Shown: positions 39,260 through 48,789, counted from the stretch's first letter. The stretch is 49,805 bases of DNA from Burkholderiales bacterium (GCA_947456845.1 CANGUJ010000001.1:1-49805); one strand, 5' to 3'. Notes: generated by a model from the letters alone, not told the origin. Numbers and translations are program-made.

Positions 39260-39712
39260 TCAACTGCAGGAGACCAGGCCGTCCACATACCCGGCGGCGC
39301 TGCTGCATATGGTCAGCAACTGGCGGCGTGGCGCGCTGCCCTCGGGCGCGAGCCCGAGATGCACCCAGCGGCCGTACTCATGGATCAGTTGGTCGAACAG
39401 CACAGGCGAGGCAGCCAGGGCGCGCGCCGCCTCCAGCGGTGTCCCGAACCCTGCGCAGGTGAAGTCGACCGCCAGGCCGAGCACGTGGCGCGATTGGGGG
39501 GCGCCCCCGACGGCGGCATTGAGCGCGGGGCAGCGGTATCCACTGCTGATGGCAATGTCGTGTCCGAGCACACCCAACACCTGTTCCATCGCGGTGGCCA
39601 GCCGGGCCAGGTTGCCGACATGGTCGGGCGCGGGGTTGTTATCGATGCCAAGCCGCTCGGCGGTGTCGGACCTGATCAGCCGGGCCAGTGTGAAGTTGGG
39701 CGACAATCGCAT
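39260..39712 (-). CDS. peptidase M15A (D-Ala-D-Ala carboxypeptidase/endolysin-like zinc peptidase) family protein
   Basis: 150 aa. N-terminus LSPNFTLARLIRSDTAERLGIDN and zinc-site pattern SGYRCPALN...SRHVLGLAVD...H. No signal peptide. Confidence 0.78.
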   Translation of the reverse strand: MRLSPNFTLARLIRSDTAERLGIDNNPAPDHVGNLARLATAMEQVLGVLGHDIAISSGYRCPALNAAVGGAPQSRHVLGLAVDFTCAGFGTPLEAARALAASPVLFDQLIHEYGRWVHLGLAPEGSAPRRQLLTICSSAAGYVDGLVSCS

Positions 39713-39757
39713 GGCCTGGAAGTTTAATCACGCCGCCTCCACTCCGACACGCCCGCC

Positions 39758-40432
39758 TTGCACCCCGACCGCAATCGCACCCTCTGGTTGTTCGATCTCG
39801 ACGACACCTTGCATCGTGCCACGCCGCACATATTCGACCGCATGAACCACGCGATGACGGCGTACGTGATGCGTCACCTCGGACTGGAGGAGCCGGCCGC
39901 GAATGAATTGCGGCGGGAGTATTGGCAGCGCTACGGGGCCACCCTTCTCGGCCTGATGCGCCGGCACGCGGTGGATCCGGACCATTTCCTGCGCGAGACA
40001 CACCAGTTTCCCGACCTCGATCGACTGCTCGACTATGACCGCCCGTTGCGCCGGCTGCTCAAGACCCTGCCCGGCCGCAAGATCATCGCCTCGAACGCGC
40101 CGCGCCATTATGTCGATGCGGTCCTGGCGGCCATGGGGGTCACGCCCCACTTGCACGCCATCGAAACCATCGAATCCATGCGCTATGTGCCCAAGCCGGC
40201 GCGTTCGTCGCTCGCGCGCATCCTGCGCCGCCATCGTGGCCTCGCCCGCCGGGTGGTGATGGTCGAGGACAACCTCGACAATCTCAAGACGGCGCGCCGC
40301 CTCGGGCTCACCACGATATGGGTGTCGCGCGACCCCGGCCGACCGGCCTTTGTTGACGTCAAGCTCAAATCGGTGCTTCAATTGAGTAAGCACTCACGCA
40401 TGCCGTGGCGTCGTCAGACGGCAAGCCGATGA
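39758..40432 (+). CDS. pyrimidine 5'-nucleotidase (HAD superfamily)
   Basis: HAD motif I WLFDLDDTLH and motif IV MVEDNLDNL. The track start is a TTG at 39758, so the true start is uncertain. Confidence 0.78.
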   Translation: MHPDRNRTLWLFDLDDTLHRATPHIFDRMNHAMTAYVMRHLGLEEPAANELRREYWQRYGATLLGLMRRHAVDPDHFLRETHQFPDLDRLLDYDRPLRRLLKTLPGRKIIASNAPRHYVDAVLAAMGVTPHLHAIETIESMRYVPKPARSSLARILRRHRGLARRVVMVEDNLDNLKTARRLGLTTIWVSRDPGRPAFVDVKLKSVLQLSKHSRMPWRRQTASR

Positions 40433-40472
40433 GGTTCGAGTTCGCTGCAACTTCCTTGGTGACCAGGACAAG

Positions 40473-41045
40473 ATGGCCCGCTCCGGAGAACGCAAGACGC
40501 AGATCCTGCAACTGATCGCGCAGATGCTGGAGTCCCCGAAAGGGGAGAAGATCACCACGGCTTCCCTGGCGGCGCGGCTGCAGGTGTCGGAGGCGGCGCT
40601 CTACCGGCATTTCGCCAGCAAGGCGCAGATGTTCGAAGGGCTGATCGAATTCATCGAGGCCTCGCTGTTCGGCCTGATCAACCGCATCACCGCCGACGAG
40701 GCCGACGGATTGCGCCAGGTGCATGCGATCGTCAGCATGACGCTGCGTTTCGCGGCGCAAAATCCCGGCATGACCCGTGTCCTGATCGGCGATGCGCTGG
40801 TCAACGAGAACGAGCGCCTCCAGGCCCGCATCAACGCGCTGTCCGAAAAGCTGGAAGCCAGCCTCAAGCAGTCCATCCGCATCGCGGTCACCCAGGGGAG
40901 CATTCCTGCCTCGGTGGATGTCGGCGCGCAGGCCAACGCGCTTCTTTGCTATGTGATCGGCCGCTGGCACCAGTTCGCCAAGAGCGGCTTCAAACGCTCT
41001 CCCGTCGAGGGGCTGGACCGGCAGTTGCCGCTGCTCCTGGGCTAG
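40473..41045 (+). CDS. slmA: nucleoid occlusion factor SlmA (TetR family)
   Basis: 190 aa. N-terminus GERKTQILQLIAQMLESPKGEKITTASLAARLQVSEAALYRHFASKAQMFEGLIEFIE is characteristic of SlmA. Confidence 0.85.
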   Translation: MARSGERKTQILQLIAQMLESPKGEKITTASLAARLQVSEAALYRHFASKAQMFEGLIEFIEASLFGLINRITADEADGLRQVHAIVSMTLRFAAQNPGMTRVLIGDALVNENERLQARINALSEKLEASLKQSIRIAVTQGSIPASVDVGAQANALLCYVIGRWHQFAKSGFKRSPVEGLDRQLPLLLG

Positions 41046-41104
41046 GGGAAAGGGCGCAGACGGGGCCAAAAGGCGCAGCCGTGTCCCCAGGCTAGGCCGT
41101 GTCC

Positions 41105-41848
41105 TCAGGCGCAAACCGCGCAGGCGCTGTCTTTCCTGAGACGCACCTGCCGCCATTCCATCGACAGCCCGTCGAGCAGCAGCAGCCGCCCGTTGAGACT
41201 CTCGCCGACATCGGCCAGTATCTTCAGGGCTTCGGCAGCCTGCACCGCGCCGATGATGCCGGTGATCGGCGCGAACACGCCCATGACCGCGCAGCGGGTC
41301 TCGTCGACCTCCTGGCCCTCCGGAAACAGGCAGTGATAACAGGGGGCGTCGGGCTTGCGCATGTCGAAGACGCTGACCTGCCCGTCGAAACGGATTGCCG
41401 CACCGGAGACCAGAGGCCGCGCGTGGCGCACACAGGCCCGGTTGACCGCGTGCCGGGTGGCGAAGTTGTCGCAGCAGTCCAGCACGACGTCGGCGCTGGC
41501 CACCAGGTCGTCCAGCAGGGCGCCCTCGGCGCGTCTCTCCAGCGCGATCACTTCGACGCCTGGATTGTATTCGCCCAGCGTCCGGCGCCCCGAGGCCGCC
41601 TTCGGCAGCCCGACGCTGTCGCTGCGATGCAGGATCTGGCGCTGCAGATTGGTAAGGTCGACCGAGTCCCCGTCGGCCAGCGTGATGCGTCCGACGCCGG
41701 CGGTGGCAAGATACAGGGCGGCCGGCGAACCCAGGCCGCCGGCGCCGATCACGACGGCGTGGCCGGCAAGAAGGCGTTCCTGCCCCTCGATGCCTACCTG
41801 CGGCAGTAGGATGTGGCGCGAGTAGCGCAGCAGCTGTTCGTCGTTCAT
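41105..41848 (-). CDS. moeB: molybdopterin-synthase adenylyltransferase MoeB/ThiF family
   Basis: Start at MNDEQLLRYSRHILL. Nucleotide loop VIGAGGLGSP, plus CXXC pairs (CYHC, CAVC). Confidence 0.85.
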   Translation of the reverse strand: MNDEQLLRYSRHILLPQVGIEGQERLLAGHAVVIGAGGLGSPAALYLATAGVGRITLADGDSVDLTNLQRQILHRSDSVGLPKAASGRRTLGEYNPGVEVIALERRAEGALLDDLVASADVVLDCCDNFATRHAVNRACVRHARPLVSGAAIRFDGQVSVFDMRKPDAPCYHCLFPEGQEVDETRCAVMGVFAPITGIIGAVQAAEALKILADVGESLNGRLLLLDGLSMEWRQVRLRKDSACAVCA

Positions 41849-41884
41849 GGGCATCACCCGGTGCAAGCGGCGCGACCGCCGGCG

Positions 41885-41912
41885 AAAAAAAGGGGCCGCG
41901 CGGCCCCTTTTT
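41885..41912 (-). terminator. rho-independent terminator after ctpA (symmetric A7/T5 flanks)
   Basis: AAAAAAA-GGGGCCGCGCGGCCCC-TTTTT. On the minus strand the hairpin is followed by seven T. It lies 18 nt downstream of the ctpA stop and upstream of the moeB start. Confidence 0.7.
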
Positions 41913-41930
41913 CAGGCCCGCGGGCACCGG

Positions 41931-43355
41931 TTACTTCTTGACCTCGGCCGTCTTGGGCGGCAGTTCCTTCGATTTTTCCCCCTTGACCGGGAGACCCTTG
42001 AGGAGGTTCATGGCCTGCTGGAACTGGAAGTCATCCTTGCTGCCGGTTTCGAACCGCACCGGCGGCTTGGAATCATCCCTCTTCTCGTCGGCCTTGCCCT
42101 CGGGTACCGCGGCCTTCCTCTCGGCGTCGGGATCCTTGTCGTTGGTCAGGTGGTTGGCCAGGTCGGCCTCGCGCATGCGGGTGTTGCGCACCGCGCCCTC
42201 GGCGGTTTCGGCGACGATCCAGTCCGGAATGATGCCCTTGGCCTGGATCGAGCGTCCGGAGGGCGTGTAGTAGCGCGCCGTGGTGAGCTTCATGCCGGCG
42301 CCGTTGGAAAGATTGATCTTGGTCTGCACTGACCCTTTGCCGAACGTGGTCTGGCCCATCACCACCGCGCGCTTGTGGTCTTGCAGGGCGCCGGCGACGA
42401 TTTCGGAGGCCGACGCCGAGCCGTCGTTGACCAGCACGACGATGGGCACCGTCCGGACCGCGGCGGGCAGCCCGCGCAGGGCATCTTCCCGGTTGCGGAA
42501 TGAGTATTCCTCGGGAGTCGCCATGTACTCGTGCTTGGTGTCGGGCAGCCGTCCGTTGGACGATACCACCAGGGTGCGCGGTTCCAGAAAGGCCGCAGAA
42601 ACGCCGATGGCGGTATGCAGGAGGCCACCCGGGTTGTTGCGCATGTCCAGTATCAGCCCGCTCAGCTTGCCGTTGGACTCCTTGTACATGCGCTCAATGG
42701 CGCGCGCCAGGTCTTCGACCGTGCGCTCCTGGAACTGGGTCAGGCGGATGTGCGCATAGCCGGGTTCGATCAGCCGGGCCTTGACACTTTGCACACGGAT
42801 GACCTCGCGCACCAGCGTGAATTCCAGCGGCCGGTTCTCGCCCTTGCGCGCGACGGTGAGCTTGATCGGCGTCTTCGGCTTGCCGCGCATCCTCTTGACC
42901 GCGTCGCCCAGCGAGATGCCCTTGGTGGATACGTCGTCGATCTTGACGATCAGGTCACCGGCCTTGATGCCCGCTTTCGCCGCCGGCGTATCCTCTATTG
43001 GGGACACCACCTTGACGTAGCCGTCCTCGGTGCCGACTTCAATACCGAGGCCGCCGAATTCCCCGCGGATGCTGGTTTCGAATTCCTTGTTTTCCTCGGG
43101 GTCCAGGTAGGCCGAATGCGGATCCAGTTCGGTGAGCATGCCCTTGACGGCGCCCGTGAGGAGCTTGCGATCCTCAACCGGCTCGACATAGCCTTGCTTG
43201 ATATTGCCGAACACCTCGGCTAGGGTCTGGATTTCCGGCAGCGGCAGCGGACTGCGGGCTTCGCGCTGGGCGATGGCCGAGAAATTGATGCCCAGCAGGA
43301 CGCCCGCCACCACGCCCAACCCGACCAGACCGCTGCTCTTCCATTTGCCATTCAT
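41931..43355 (-). CDS. ctpA: carboxy-terminal processing protease (S41 family)
   Basis: 474 aa from MNGKWKSS, with GGAG upstream. It has a TM/signal segment, a PDZ domain (GLGIEVG...GDLIVKIDD) and the catalytic region VLVNDGSASASEI...GKGSVQ. Confidence 0.9.
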   Translation of the reverse strand: MNGKWKSSGLVGLGVVAGVLLGINFSAIAQREARSPLPLPEIQTLAEVFGNIKQGYVEPVEDRKLLTGAVKGMLTELDPHSAYLDPEENKEFETSIRGEFGGLGIEVGTEDGYVKVVSPIEDTPAAKAGIKAGDLIVKIDDVSTKGISLGDAVKRMRGKPKTPIKLTVARKGENRPLEFTLVREVIRVQSVKARLIEPGYAHIRLTQFQERTVEDLARAIERMYKESNGKLSGLILDMRNNPGGLLHTAIGVSAAFLEPRTLVVSSNGRLPDTKHEYMATPEEYSFRNREDALRGLPAAVRTVPIVVLVNDGSASASEIVAGALQDHKRAVVMGQTTFGKGSVQTKINLSNGAGMKLTTARYYTPSGRSIQAKGIIPDWIVAETAEGAVRNTRMREADLANHLTNDKDPDAERKAAVPEGKADEKRDDSKPPVRFETGSKDDFQFQQAMNLLKGLPVKGEKSKELPPKTAEVKK

Positions 43356-43569
43356 GTTTGGCTCCGACGCCTTGCGGCGACCGCGCTGATTCCGGACGGG
43401 TCCCGGCACCGTGCCGCACCCGCGAATCGCGCTTCATCTGGACTTCATCACAAGTCGGTTAGTTCCCGACGGTTTCCTCCCGGGGAGCGCCGGCGCCACC
43501 AACGGAAAGACCGACGAACCCGAGAAAACCCGACGAATGACTTATGCCTGCCGACTGGCCGTCCAACGA

Positions 43570-44766
43570 CTATTTTTTGGCCCAGGATAGCGGGTCGAAA
43601 GGCTTGCCATGATGCCGCAATTCAAAGTATAGACCCGTTTCCACATTGCCCCCGCTACTGCCCACGCGGGCGATCGAATCGCCGCTTGCGACCGCGTCGC
43701 CGACCTGGCGGAACAGGGTTTCATTGTTGCCGTATATGCTCAGGTAGTCGCTGCCGTGGTCGACGATGATGAGGTTGCCGAAGCCGCGCATCCAGTCGGC
43801 GAACACTACCCGGCCGGAAGCGATCGAGCGCACTTCCTCGCCCTGCTGGGCGCGGATGAATACGCCTTTCCAGGTAGTGCCGCCACCCTCCCGCTGGCTT
43901 CCGAATCGCCCGGACAGCTCGCCCCGGGCGGGCAGGCGCAGCCTGCCGCGCAGCGCCGCGAAATTGCCGGCAAACCCGGCTTCCGGCAACGCCTCGTTGC
44001 GCCTGCCGTCGCGGCGCGGCGCGTCCGCCGGCGCCTTCGGCTGGGCCAGGCGGGCGAGCTTCTCGATCAGTTCGGTGAGGCGTTTTTCGTTGCGTTCCAG
44101 GGTGGACACCTCGCGCCGCTGCGAGCGTATTTGCGACGCCAGACGTTCGAGCACCTTCTTGCGCGCCTCCGATTCGCGGGACAACTGCTCGCGCTCGCTG
44201 CGCTGACGGGTCTCGATTTCGGCCAACTGTGCGGTTTTTTCGCGCGCCTCGCCGGCCAGGCGTTGCAATTCCTGTAGGTTGGCGCGCAGGCTGCCGATCA
44301 GGCGCGCGTGGGCGCGCGAAATGTAACTCGCGTAGTGGATTTCGCGCGCCGCAGCCCCCGGGCTTTCGCCTGAAAACAGCATCTGCACATAGCCGCGTTC
44401 GTGCTTGATGTACTCGTCATGGATCAGGCGCGAGAGCCGGGCATTCTGGGCGCTGGTCGATTCGCCCAGCGCGCGGCTCTTGCGGGCAAGCTCCTGGAGC
44501 TGCGCTTCGGCGGCCTTTTTCTGCTCGGACAGGTCGCGCAGGGCGCGATTGGCCTCGGAAATCGCCCGCTCCGACTCGCGCAGCGAGTCGGCAGCCTCGG
44601 CGCGATTGCCTTCGGCGCGGTCGATGTCGCGCTTGAGCGCATCGATGCGCCCGCGCAGTTCCTTGAGTTCCTCGGCGTTGCCGCCCTGCGCCAGGGCGGG
44701 CCGGACCGCAGCCGGCAGTGCCGCGCATGCGAGCACGACCGCCAGCGTCCGGAGCCGGCGCGGCAC
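43570..44766 (-). CDS. envC: murein hydrolase activator EnvC-like protein (coiled coil + M23/LytM domain)
   Basis: 398 aa with a signal peptide, a long coiled-coil region and a C-terminal LytM domain (GNLIIVDHGSDYLSIYGNN...GLYFELRHHGKPFDP). Confidence 0.85.
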   Translation of the reverse strand: MPRRLRTLAVVLACAALPAAVRPALAQGGNAEELKELRGRIDALKRDIDRAEGNRAEAADSLRESERAISEANRALRDLSEQKKAAEAQLQELARKSRALGESTSAQNARLSRLIHDEYIKHERGYVQMLFSGESPGAAAREIHYASYISRAHARLIGSLRANLQELQRLAGEAREKTAQLAEIETRQRSEREQLSRESEARKKVLERLASQIRSQRREVSTLERNEKRLTELIEKLARLAQPKAPADAPRRDGRRNEALPEAGFAGNFAALRGRLRLPARGELSGRFGSQREGGGTTWKGVFIRAQQGEEVRSIASGRVVFADWMRGFGNLIIVDHGSDYLSIYGNNETLFRQVGDAVASGDSIARVGSSGGNVETGLYFELRHHGKPFDPLSWAKK

Positions 44767-44771
44767 GCGGT

Positions 44772-45521
44772 TCAGGCCCGCGCCTTGCCCTGCGCGGCCA
44801 CCGCGGCCTGGGCGCGCGCGATTTCTTCGGGATCGGCCAGGTAATAGTTGCGTATCGGCCGCAGGTCGGCATCGAGGTCGTAGACCAGCGGCTGGGCGGT
44901 CGGGATGTTGACGCCGACGATTTCATCGTCGCCGACGTTGTCCAGATACTTGACCAGGGCCCGCAGGCTGTTGCCGTGCGCGGCGATGAGCACGCGCTGG
45001 CCGCTCTTGACCGCCGGCGCGATTCGCTCGTTCCAGAACGGCAATACCCGGGCGACGGTATCCTTGAGGCACTCGGTAGCCGGCAGCAGCCGCGGGTCAA
45101 CGCCGGCGTAGCGCGGGTCGAAGCGCGGATGGCGCGGGTCATCGTCGGCGAGCGGATTGGGCGCGATGGCATAGGCGCGCCGCCAAATCAGCACCTGGGC
45201 ATCGCCATATTTGGCGGCGGTCTCCGCCTTGTCCAGGCCCTGCAGGGCGCCGTAGTGGCGCTCGTTCAGGCGCCAGTGCTTTTCGGTCGGCAGCCACAAC
45301 AGATCGAGTTCCTCGAGCGCCGTGTTGAGGGTCTTGACCGCGCGCTTGAGCACCGAGGTGAAGGTGAGGTCGAAGCCGTAACCCTTGTCCTTGAGCAGTC
45401 GCCCGGCGCGCCGGGCTTCCTGCATGCCGGCGTCGGTCAGGTCGACATCGGTCCAGCCGGTGAAGCGGTTTTCGCGGTTCCAGGCGGATTCGCCGTGCCG
45501 CATCATCACGAGTTTGTACAT
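44772..45521 (-). CDS. gpmA: 2,3-bisphosphoglycerate-dependent phosphoglycerate mutase
   Basis: 249 aa with [28 protein letters not shown] (RHGE catalytic motif), conserved throughout. Confidence 0.95.
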   Translation of the reverse strand: MYKLVMMRHGESAWNRENRFTGWTDVDLTDAGMQEARRAGRLLKDKGYGFDLTFTSVLKRAVKTLNTALEELDLLWLPTEKHWRLNERHYGALQGLDKAETAAKYGDAQVLIWRRAYAIAPNPLADDDPRHPRFDPRYAGVDPRLLPATECLKDTVARVLPFWNERIAPAVKSGQRVLIAAHGNSLRALVKYLDNVGDDEIVGVNIPTAQPLVYDLDADLRPIRNYYLADPEEIARAQAAVAAQGKARA

Positions 45522-45571
45522 GGCTTAGGATCGGACCCTAATCGGCAATCGGACGTCGGCCGTTCGACGCC

Positions 45572-45583
45572 AGTCGATCGACT
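45572..45583. promoter_or_regulatory. 12-bp perfect palindrome AGTCGATCGACT in the gpmA / arsR-like divergent region
   Basis: Read directly. It lies 59 nt upstream of the regulator ATG (45642) and 51 nt upstream of the gpmA ATG. Confidence 0.25.
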
Positions 45584-45641
45584 TCAGTCCACACACACTC
45601 TATTTTATAATTGGTGTTTGGTTTGTGCTTGACGGGCATTG

Positions 45642-45980
45642 ATGCCGGCGGCGAGAAAAGTCACTGACGACGTCTTCGACCTGATCGGCAGGTCGGAGGA
45701 TATCGAGCAGGCGTCCCTGGCGATGAAGGCCATCGCCCACCCGCTGCGGCTAAAAATCCTCTGCCTCCTTTCCGGCGGGGAGATTGCCGTGCAGGAGATT
45801 GTGGAGGCTGTCGGCACCTCTCAAAGCAACGTATCGCAGCACCTCGCGATCCTGCGGGAAAAGGACATCCTCAGGGCGCGCAAGGCTTCAAACAAGGTCT
45901 ATTACCGCATTGCCGATGAACGCATGCTCACCCTGGTGGCCCTGATGCGCCAGGTGTTTTGCGGTGTGCCGGAACGCTAA
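45642..45980 (+). CDS. ArsR/SmtB-family regulator with BigR/SqrR/YgaV-like two-cysteine arrangement
   Basis: 112 aa from the ATG at 45642 (the track starts at a TTG at 45639). HTH region HPLRLKILCLL...IVEAVGTSQSNVSQHLAILR. Cysteines at positions 41 and 107. Confidence 0.8.
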   Translation: MPAARKVTDDVFDLIGRSEDIEQASLAMKAIAHPLRLKILCLLSGGEIAVQEIVEAVGTSQSNVSQHLAILREKDILRARKASNKVYYRIADERMLTLVALMRQVFCGVPER

Positions 45981-45997
45981 CGCCCCAAGGAATCGAA

Positions 45998-46411
45998 GTG
46001 ATTGAAAAGTTCGTGATCGACAACTGGCCGCTGATCGCCGTGGCGGTGGTGTCCGGCCTGATGCTGGTGTGGCCCCTGTTTGCCGGCGCGCGCGGGGGCG
46101 CTCGGGTATCCACCCTGCAGGCCACCCAACTCATCAACCAGAAGGACGCGGTGATCATCGACATCCGCGAGCAGGTCGAGTACTCGCGGGGGCACATCAG
46201 CAACGCCAAGAGCTTCCCGGCCAAGCTGCTCGACGAGCGCCGCACCGAGATCGAAAAGTTCAAGGGCCTGCCGGTGATCGTCAGCTGCGACACCGGCCAG
46301 CGCGCCGGGGCGGCCGCCGACAAGTTGCGGGCGCTGGGTGTGGGCGAGGTATACGTGCTCACCGGTGGCCTCAATGCCTGGCGCGACGCGGGCTTGCCGG
46401 TTTCCAAGTGA
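45998..46411 (+). CDS. membrane-anchored rhodanese-domain sulfurtransferase (YibN-like)
   Basis: GTG start at 45998 preceded by AAGGAA. N-terminal TM helix (WPLIAVAVVSGLMLVWPLF) and a rhodanese domain with active-site loop CDTGQRA. Confidence 0.8.
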   Translation: MIEKFVIDNWPLIAVAVVSGLMLVWPLFAGARGGARVSTLQATQLINQKDAVIIDIREQVEYSRGHISNAKSFPAKLLDERRTEIEKFKGLPVIVSCDTGQRAGAAADKLRALGVGEVYVLTGGLNAWRDAGLPVSK

Positions 46412-46475
46412 GCGGGCTGCGGCGCACCATCAGATCTTTTTAATCCAACCCTGCCTTCCACACCGGGAAACCGCC

Positions 46476-46748
46476 ATGCCTGTCCCCCACGTCCGCATGT
46501 ATGCGACCGCCACCTGCCCCTATTGCATCCGCGCCGAGGCGCTCCTGCGTTCGCGCGGGGTCGATGCCATCGACAAGATCCGTGTCGACCTCGAACCCGG
46601 CCGCCGCCAGACCATGATCGAGGAGAGCGGGCGCAGCACCGTGCCGCAGATCTTCATCGACGGCAAGCATATCGGCGGCTGCGACGATCTGGTCGCGCTT
46701 GACCGGGCCGGCGGCCTGATGCCTTTGCTGGCCCCCGCGGGTGCCTGA
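46476..46748 (+). CDS. grxC: glutaredoxin 3
   Basis: 90 aa from MPVPHVRMYATATCPYC (CPYC active site), then TVPQIFIDGKHIGGCDDL. Confidence 0.92.
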   Translation: MPVPHVRMYATATCPYCIRAEALLRSRGVDAIDKIRVDLEPGRRQTMIEESGRSTVPQIFIDGKHIGGCDDLVALDRAGGLMPLLAPAGA

Positions 46749-46797
46749 GCCGGCCCGCATCCGCTTATTCTTATCCTTCCCAGACCGAGACACAGAC

Positions 46798-47298
46798 ATG
46801 GCCGAAACCGACAACGGCGCACCGGGCGCCGCAGTGGTATTCAATTTCGACAAGATCTACGTGAAAGACATGTCGATCGAGATCCCGCATGCGCCGGCGA
46901 TCTTTCTTGAAACCGAGCCGCCGGCGCTGGAGACGCAGATCAACCTCGACGCGAGCAACTTCAGCGAGGGCATGTACGAGGTGGTGGTCACCGCCACGGT
47001 GACCACCAAGCTCAAGGAGCGCGTGGTGTTCCTGGTCGAGATTCGTCAGGCCGGCATTTTCGAGATCCGCAATTTCCCCCAGGACCAGATCGACCCGCTG
47101 CTGGGCATCCATTGCGCCGGTGTCCTGTTTCCCTACCTGCGCGCCAATGTCGCGGACGTGGTCTCGCGCGCCGGGTTTCCGGCGCTGCATCTGCCGAACG
47201 TCAATTTCGAGGCGTATTACGCGCAGCGCCTACAGCAACTCGAGGAGGCGCGGCGCAGCGGCCAGGATACGGCGCCCGCCGGCATCACCGTGCAGTAG
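46798..47298 (+). CDS. secB: protein-export chaperone SecB
   Basis: 166 aa from MAETDNG. SecB core FNFDKIYVKDMSIEIP...AGIFEIRNFP...LFPYLRANVADVVSRAGFP. Confidence 0.92.
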   Translation: MAETDNGAPGAAVVFNFDKIYVKDMSIEIPHAPAIFLETEPPALETQINLDASNFSEGMYEVVVTATVTTKLKERVVFLVEIRQAGIFEIRNFPQDQIDPLLGIHCAGVLFPYLRANVADVVSRAGFPALHLPNVNFEAYYAQRLQQLEEARRSGQDTAPAGITVQ

Positions 47299-47313
47299 CC
47301 AAGGGCGTCCGCG

Positions 47314-47769
47314 ATGCGCAGGCTGTCCCTCGGTTTCGCGCTTGTGCTCATCGGCGGCGTTGCGCCGGTTGCTGCCCAGAAGGCGGTCGAATACCGCGCC
47401 GTCGGCGACGCGCCCGCGATTCTCTACGACGCGCCCGCGGTGCGCGGCAAGAAGCTTTTCGTGGCGCCGCGCGGCATGCCTTTCGAGGTGGTGGTAGCCA
47501 TCGAGGGCTGGCTTAAGGTGCGCGACCGTGCGGGTGACCTGGCGTGGATCGAGCGCCGTCAGGTTTCCGATCGCCGCACGGTGGTGAGCGTCGCCACCGC
47601 GCAGGTACGCGACAAGCCTGAGGAAAACGCCGCCGTAGTACTTGAAGTCGCTGCCGACGTCGTGCTTGATCTCGTCGAGACTGTCCAGGCGGTGCCGGGG
47701 TGGGTGCGCGTGCGTCACCGTGATGGCGCGAGCGGGTTCGTGCGTGTTTCTCAGGTCTGGGGCACCTGA
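47314..47769 (+). CDS. secreted SH3-domain-containing protein
   Basis: 151 aa with a signal peptide ([13 protein letters not shown]) and two SH3-like repeats ([30 protein letters not shown]). Confidence 0.7.
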   Translation: MRRLSLGFALVLIGGVAPVAAQKAVEYRAVGDAPAILYDAPAVRGKKLFVAPRGMPFEVVVAIEGWLKVRDRAGDLAWIERRQVSDRRTVVSVATAQVRDKPEENAAVVLEVAADVVLDLVETVQAVPGWVRVRHRDGASGFVRVSQVWGT

Positions 47770-47773
47770 GGCC

Positions 47774-48760
47774 ATGGAGATCGGCGTGCTTGGAGCCGGC
47801 GCCTGGGGTACCGCGATCGCGTTGGCGCTGTCGCGCCGGCCGGGCCGGCAGGTTCTTCTGTGGGCCCGCGAGCAGGGTTTGGCCGCCAGCATGCGCGCAC
47901 GGCGCGAGAACGCCACGTTCCTGCCCGGGGTGCAGTTGCCGCCCGAAGTGGTGCCGGTGGAGGATTTCGACGCGGCCATGCGGGCCTCCATCGTGATTGC
48001 CGCGCCCGCCGTGGCGGGCCTGCGCACGACGCTGGAGCGGATCGCCTGCACCGGTGCCATGGTGCCGGTGATATGGCTGTGCAAGGGGTTCGAGCAGGGC
48101 ACATCGCGCCTGCCGCACCAGATTGCCGCGGAGACGCTGCCCGGCCATTGGCCGCGCGGCGTGCTATCCGGCCCAAGTTTCGCCGCCGAAGTCGCGCAGG
48201 GCCTGCCGGTGGCGCTTACGCTGGCCTCGGCGGATGCCGGGTTTGCCGCGGCGACCGCCCAGGCGCTGCATGGCGGCAACATCCGCGTCTACTCCAGCAG
48301 CGATATCGCCGGTGTGGAAGTGGGCGGTGCGGTCAAGAATGTCATCGCCCTGGCGGCGGGCATTAGCGACGGGCTGGGCCTGGGGCTCAATGCCCGGGCA
48401 GCCCTCATCACCCGCGGACTGGCGGAAATGGCGCGGCTGGGCGAGGCGCTCGGCGCGCGCGCCGAGACGTTCATGGGGTTGACCGGCATGGGCGACCTGA
48501 TCCTGACCGCCACGGGGGATCTCTCGCGCAATCGCACCGTCGGCCGCCGGCTTGCCGACGGGCAGGGCCTCGAGCGCATCCTGTCCGAACTCGGTCATGT
48601 GGCTGAAGGGGTCCACACCGCGCGCGAAACCCGCACCCTCGCCGAACGGCTCGGTGTCGACATGCCGATCACCCGGGCGGTCTGCCAGATCTTGTTCGAA
48701 GGCGTCCTGCCGCGCCGCGCGGTGTCCGAATTGCTTGCCCGCGATCCGCGTTCCGAGTAG
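47774..48760 (+). CDS. gpsA: NAD(P)H-dependent glycerol-3-phosphate dehydrogenase
   Basis: 328 aa from [14 protein letters not shown] (Rossmann motif). GpsA motifs [19 protein letters not shown] and GDLILT. Confidence 0.92.
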   Translation: MEIGVLGAGAWGTAIALALSRRPGRQVLLWAREQGLAASMRARRENATFLPGVQLPPEVVPVEDFDAAMRASIVIAAPAVAGLRTTLERIACTGAMVPVIWLCKGFEQGTSRLPHQIAAETLPGHWPRGVLSGPSFAAEVAQGLPVALTLASADAGFAAATAQALHGGNIRVYSSSDIAGVEVGGAVKNVIALAAGISDGLGLGLNARAALITRGLAEMARLGEALGARAETFMGLTGMGDLILTATGDLSRNRTVGRRLADGQGLERILSELGHVAEGVHTARETRTLAERLGVDMPITRAVCQILFEGVLPRRAVSELLARDPRSE

Positions 48761-48789
48761 CGCCGGTGCGGCGCGCGCGGGCGGGCCGC

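Noticed and set aside
40433-40472. tRNA-like GGTTCGAGT string between the nucleotidase and slmA genes
   Set aside because: The gap is only 40 nt, too short for a tRNA. No acceptor or anticodon arm pairing could be built around it.
40365-41927. 520-aa minus-strand ORF spanning slmA (antisense) and moeB (out of frame)
   Set aside because: SlmA and MoeB are each clearly recognisable in their own frames. This ORF has an Arg/Gly/Pro-rich composition and crosses the ctpA terminator.
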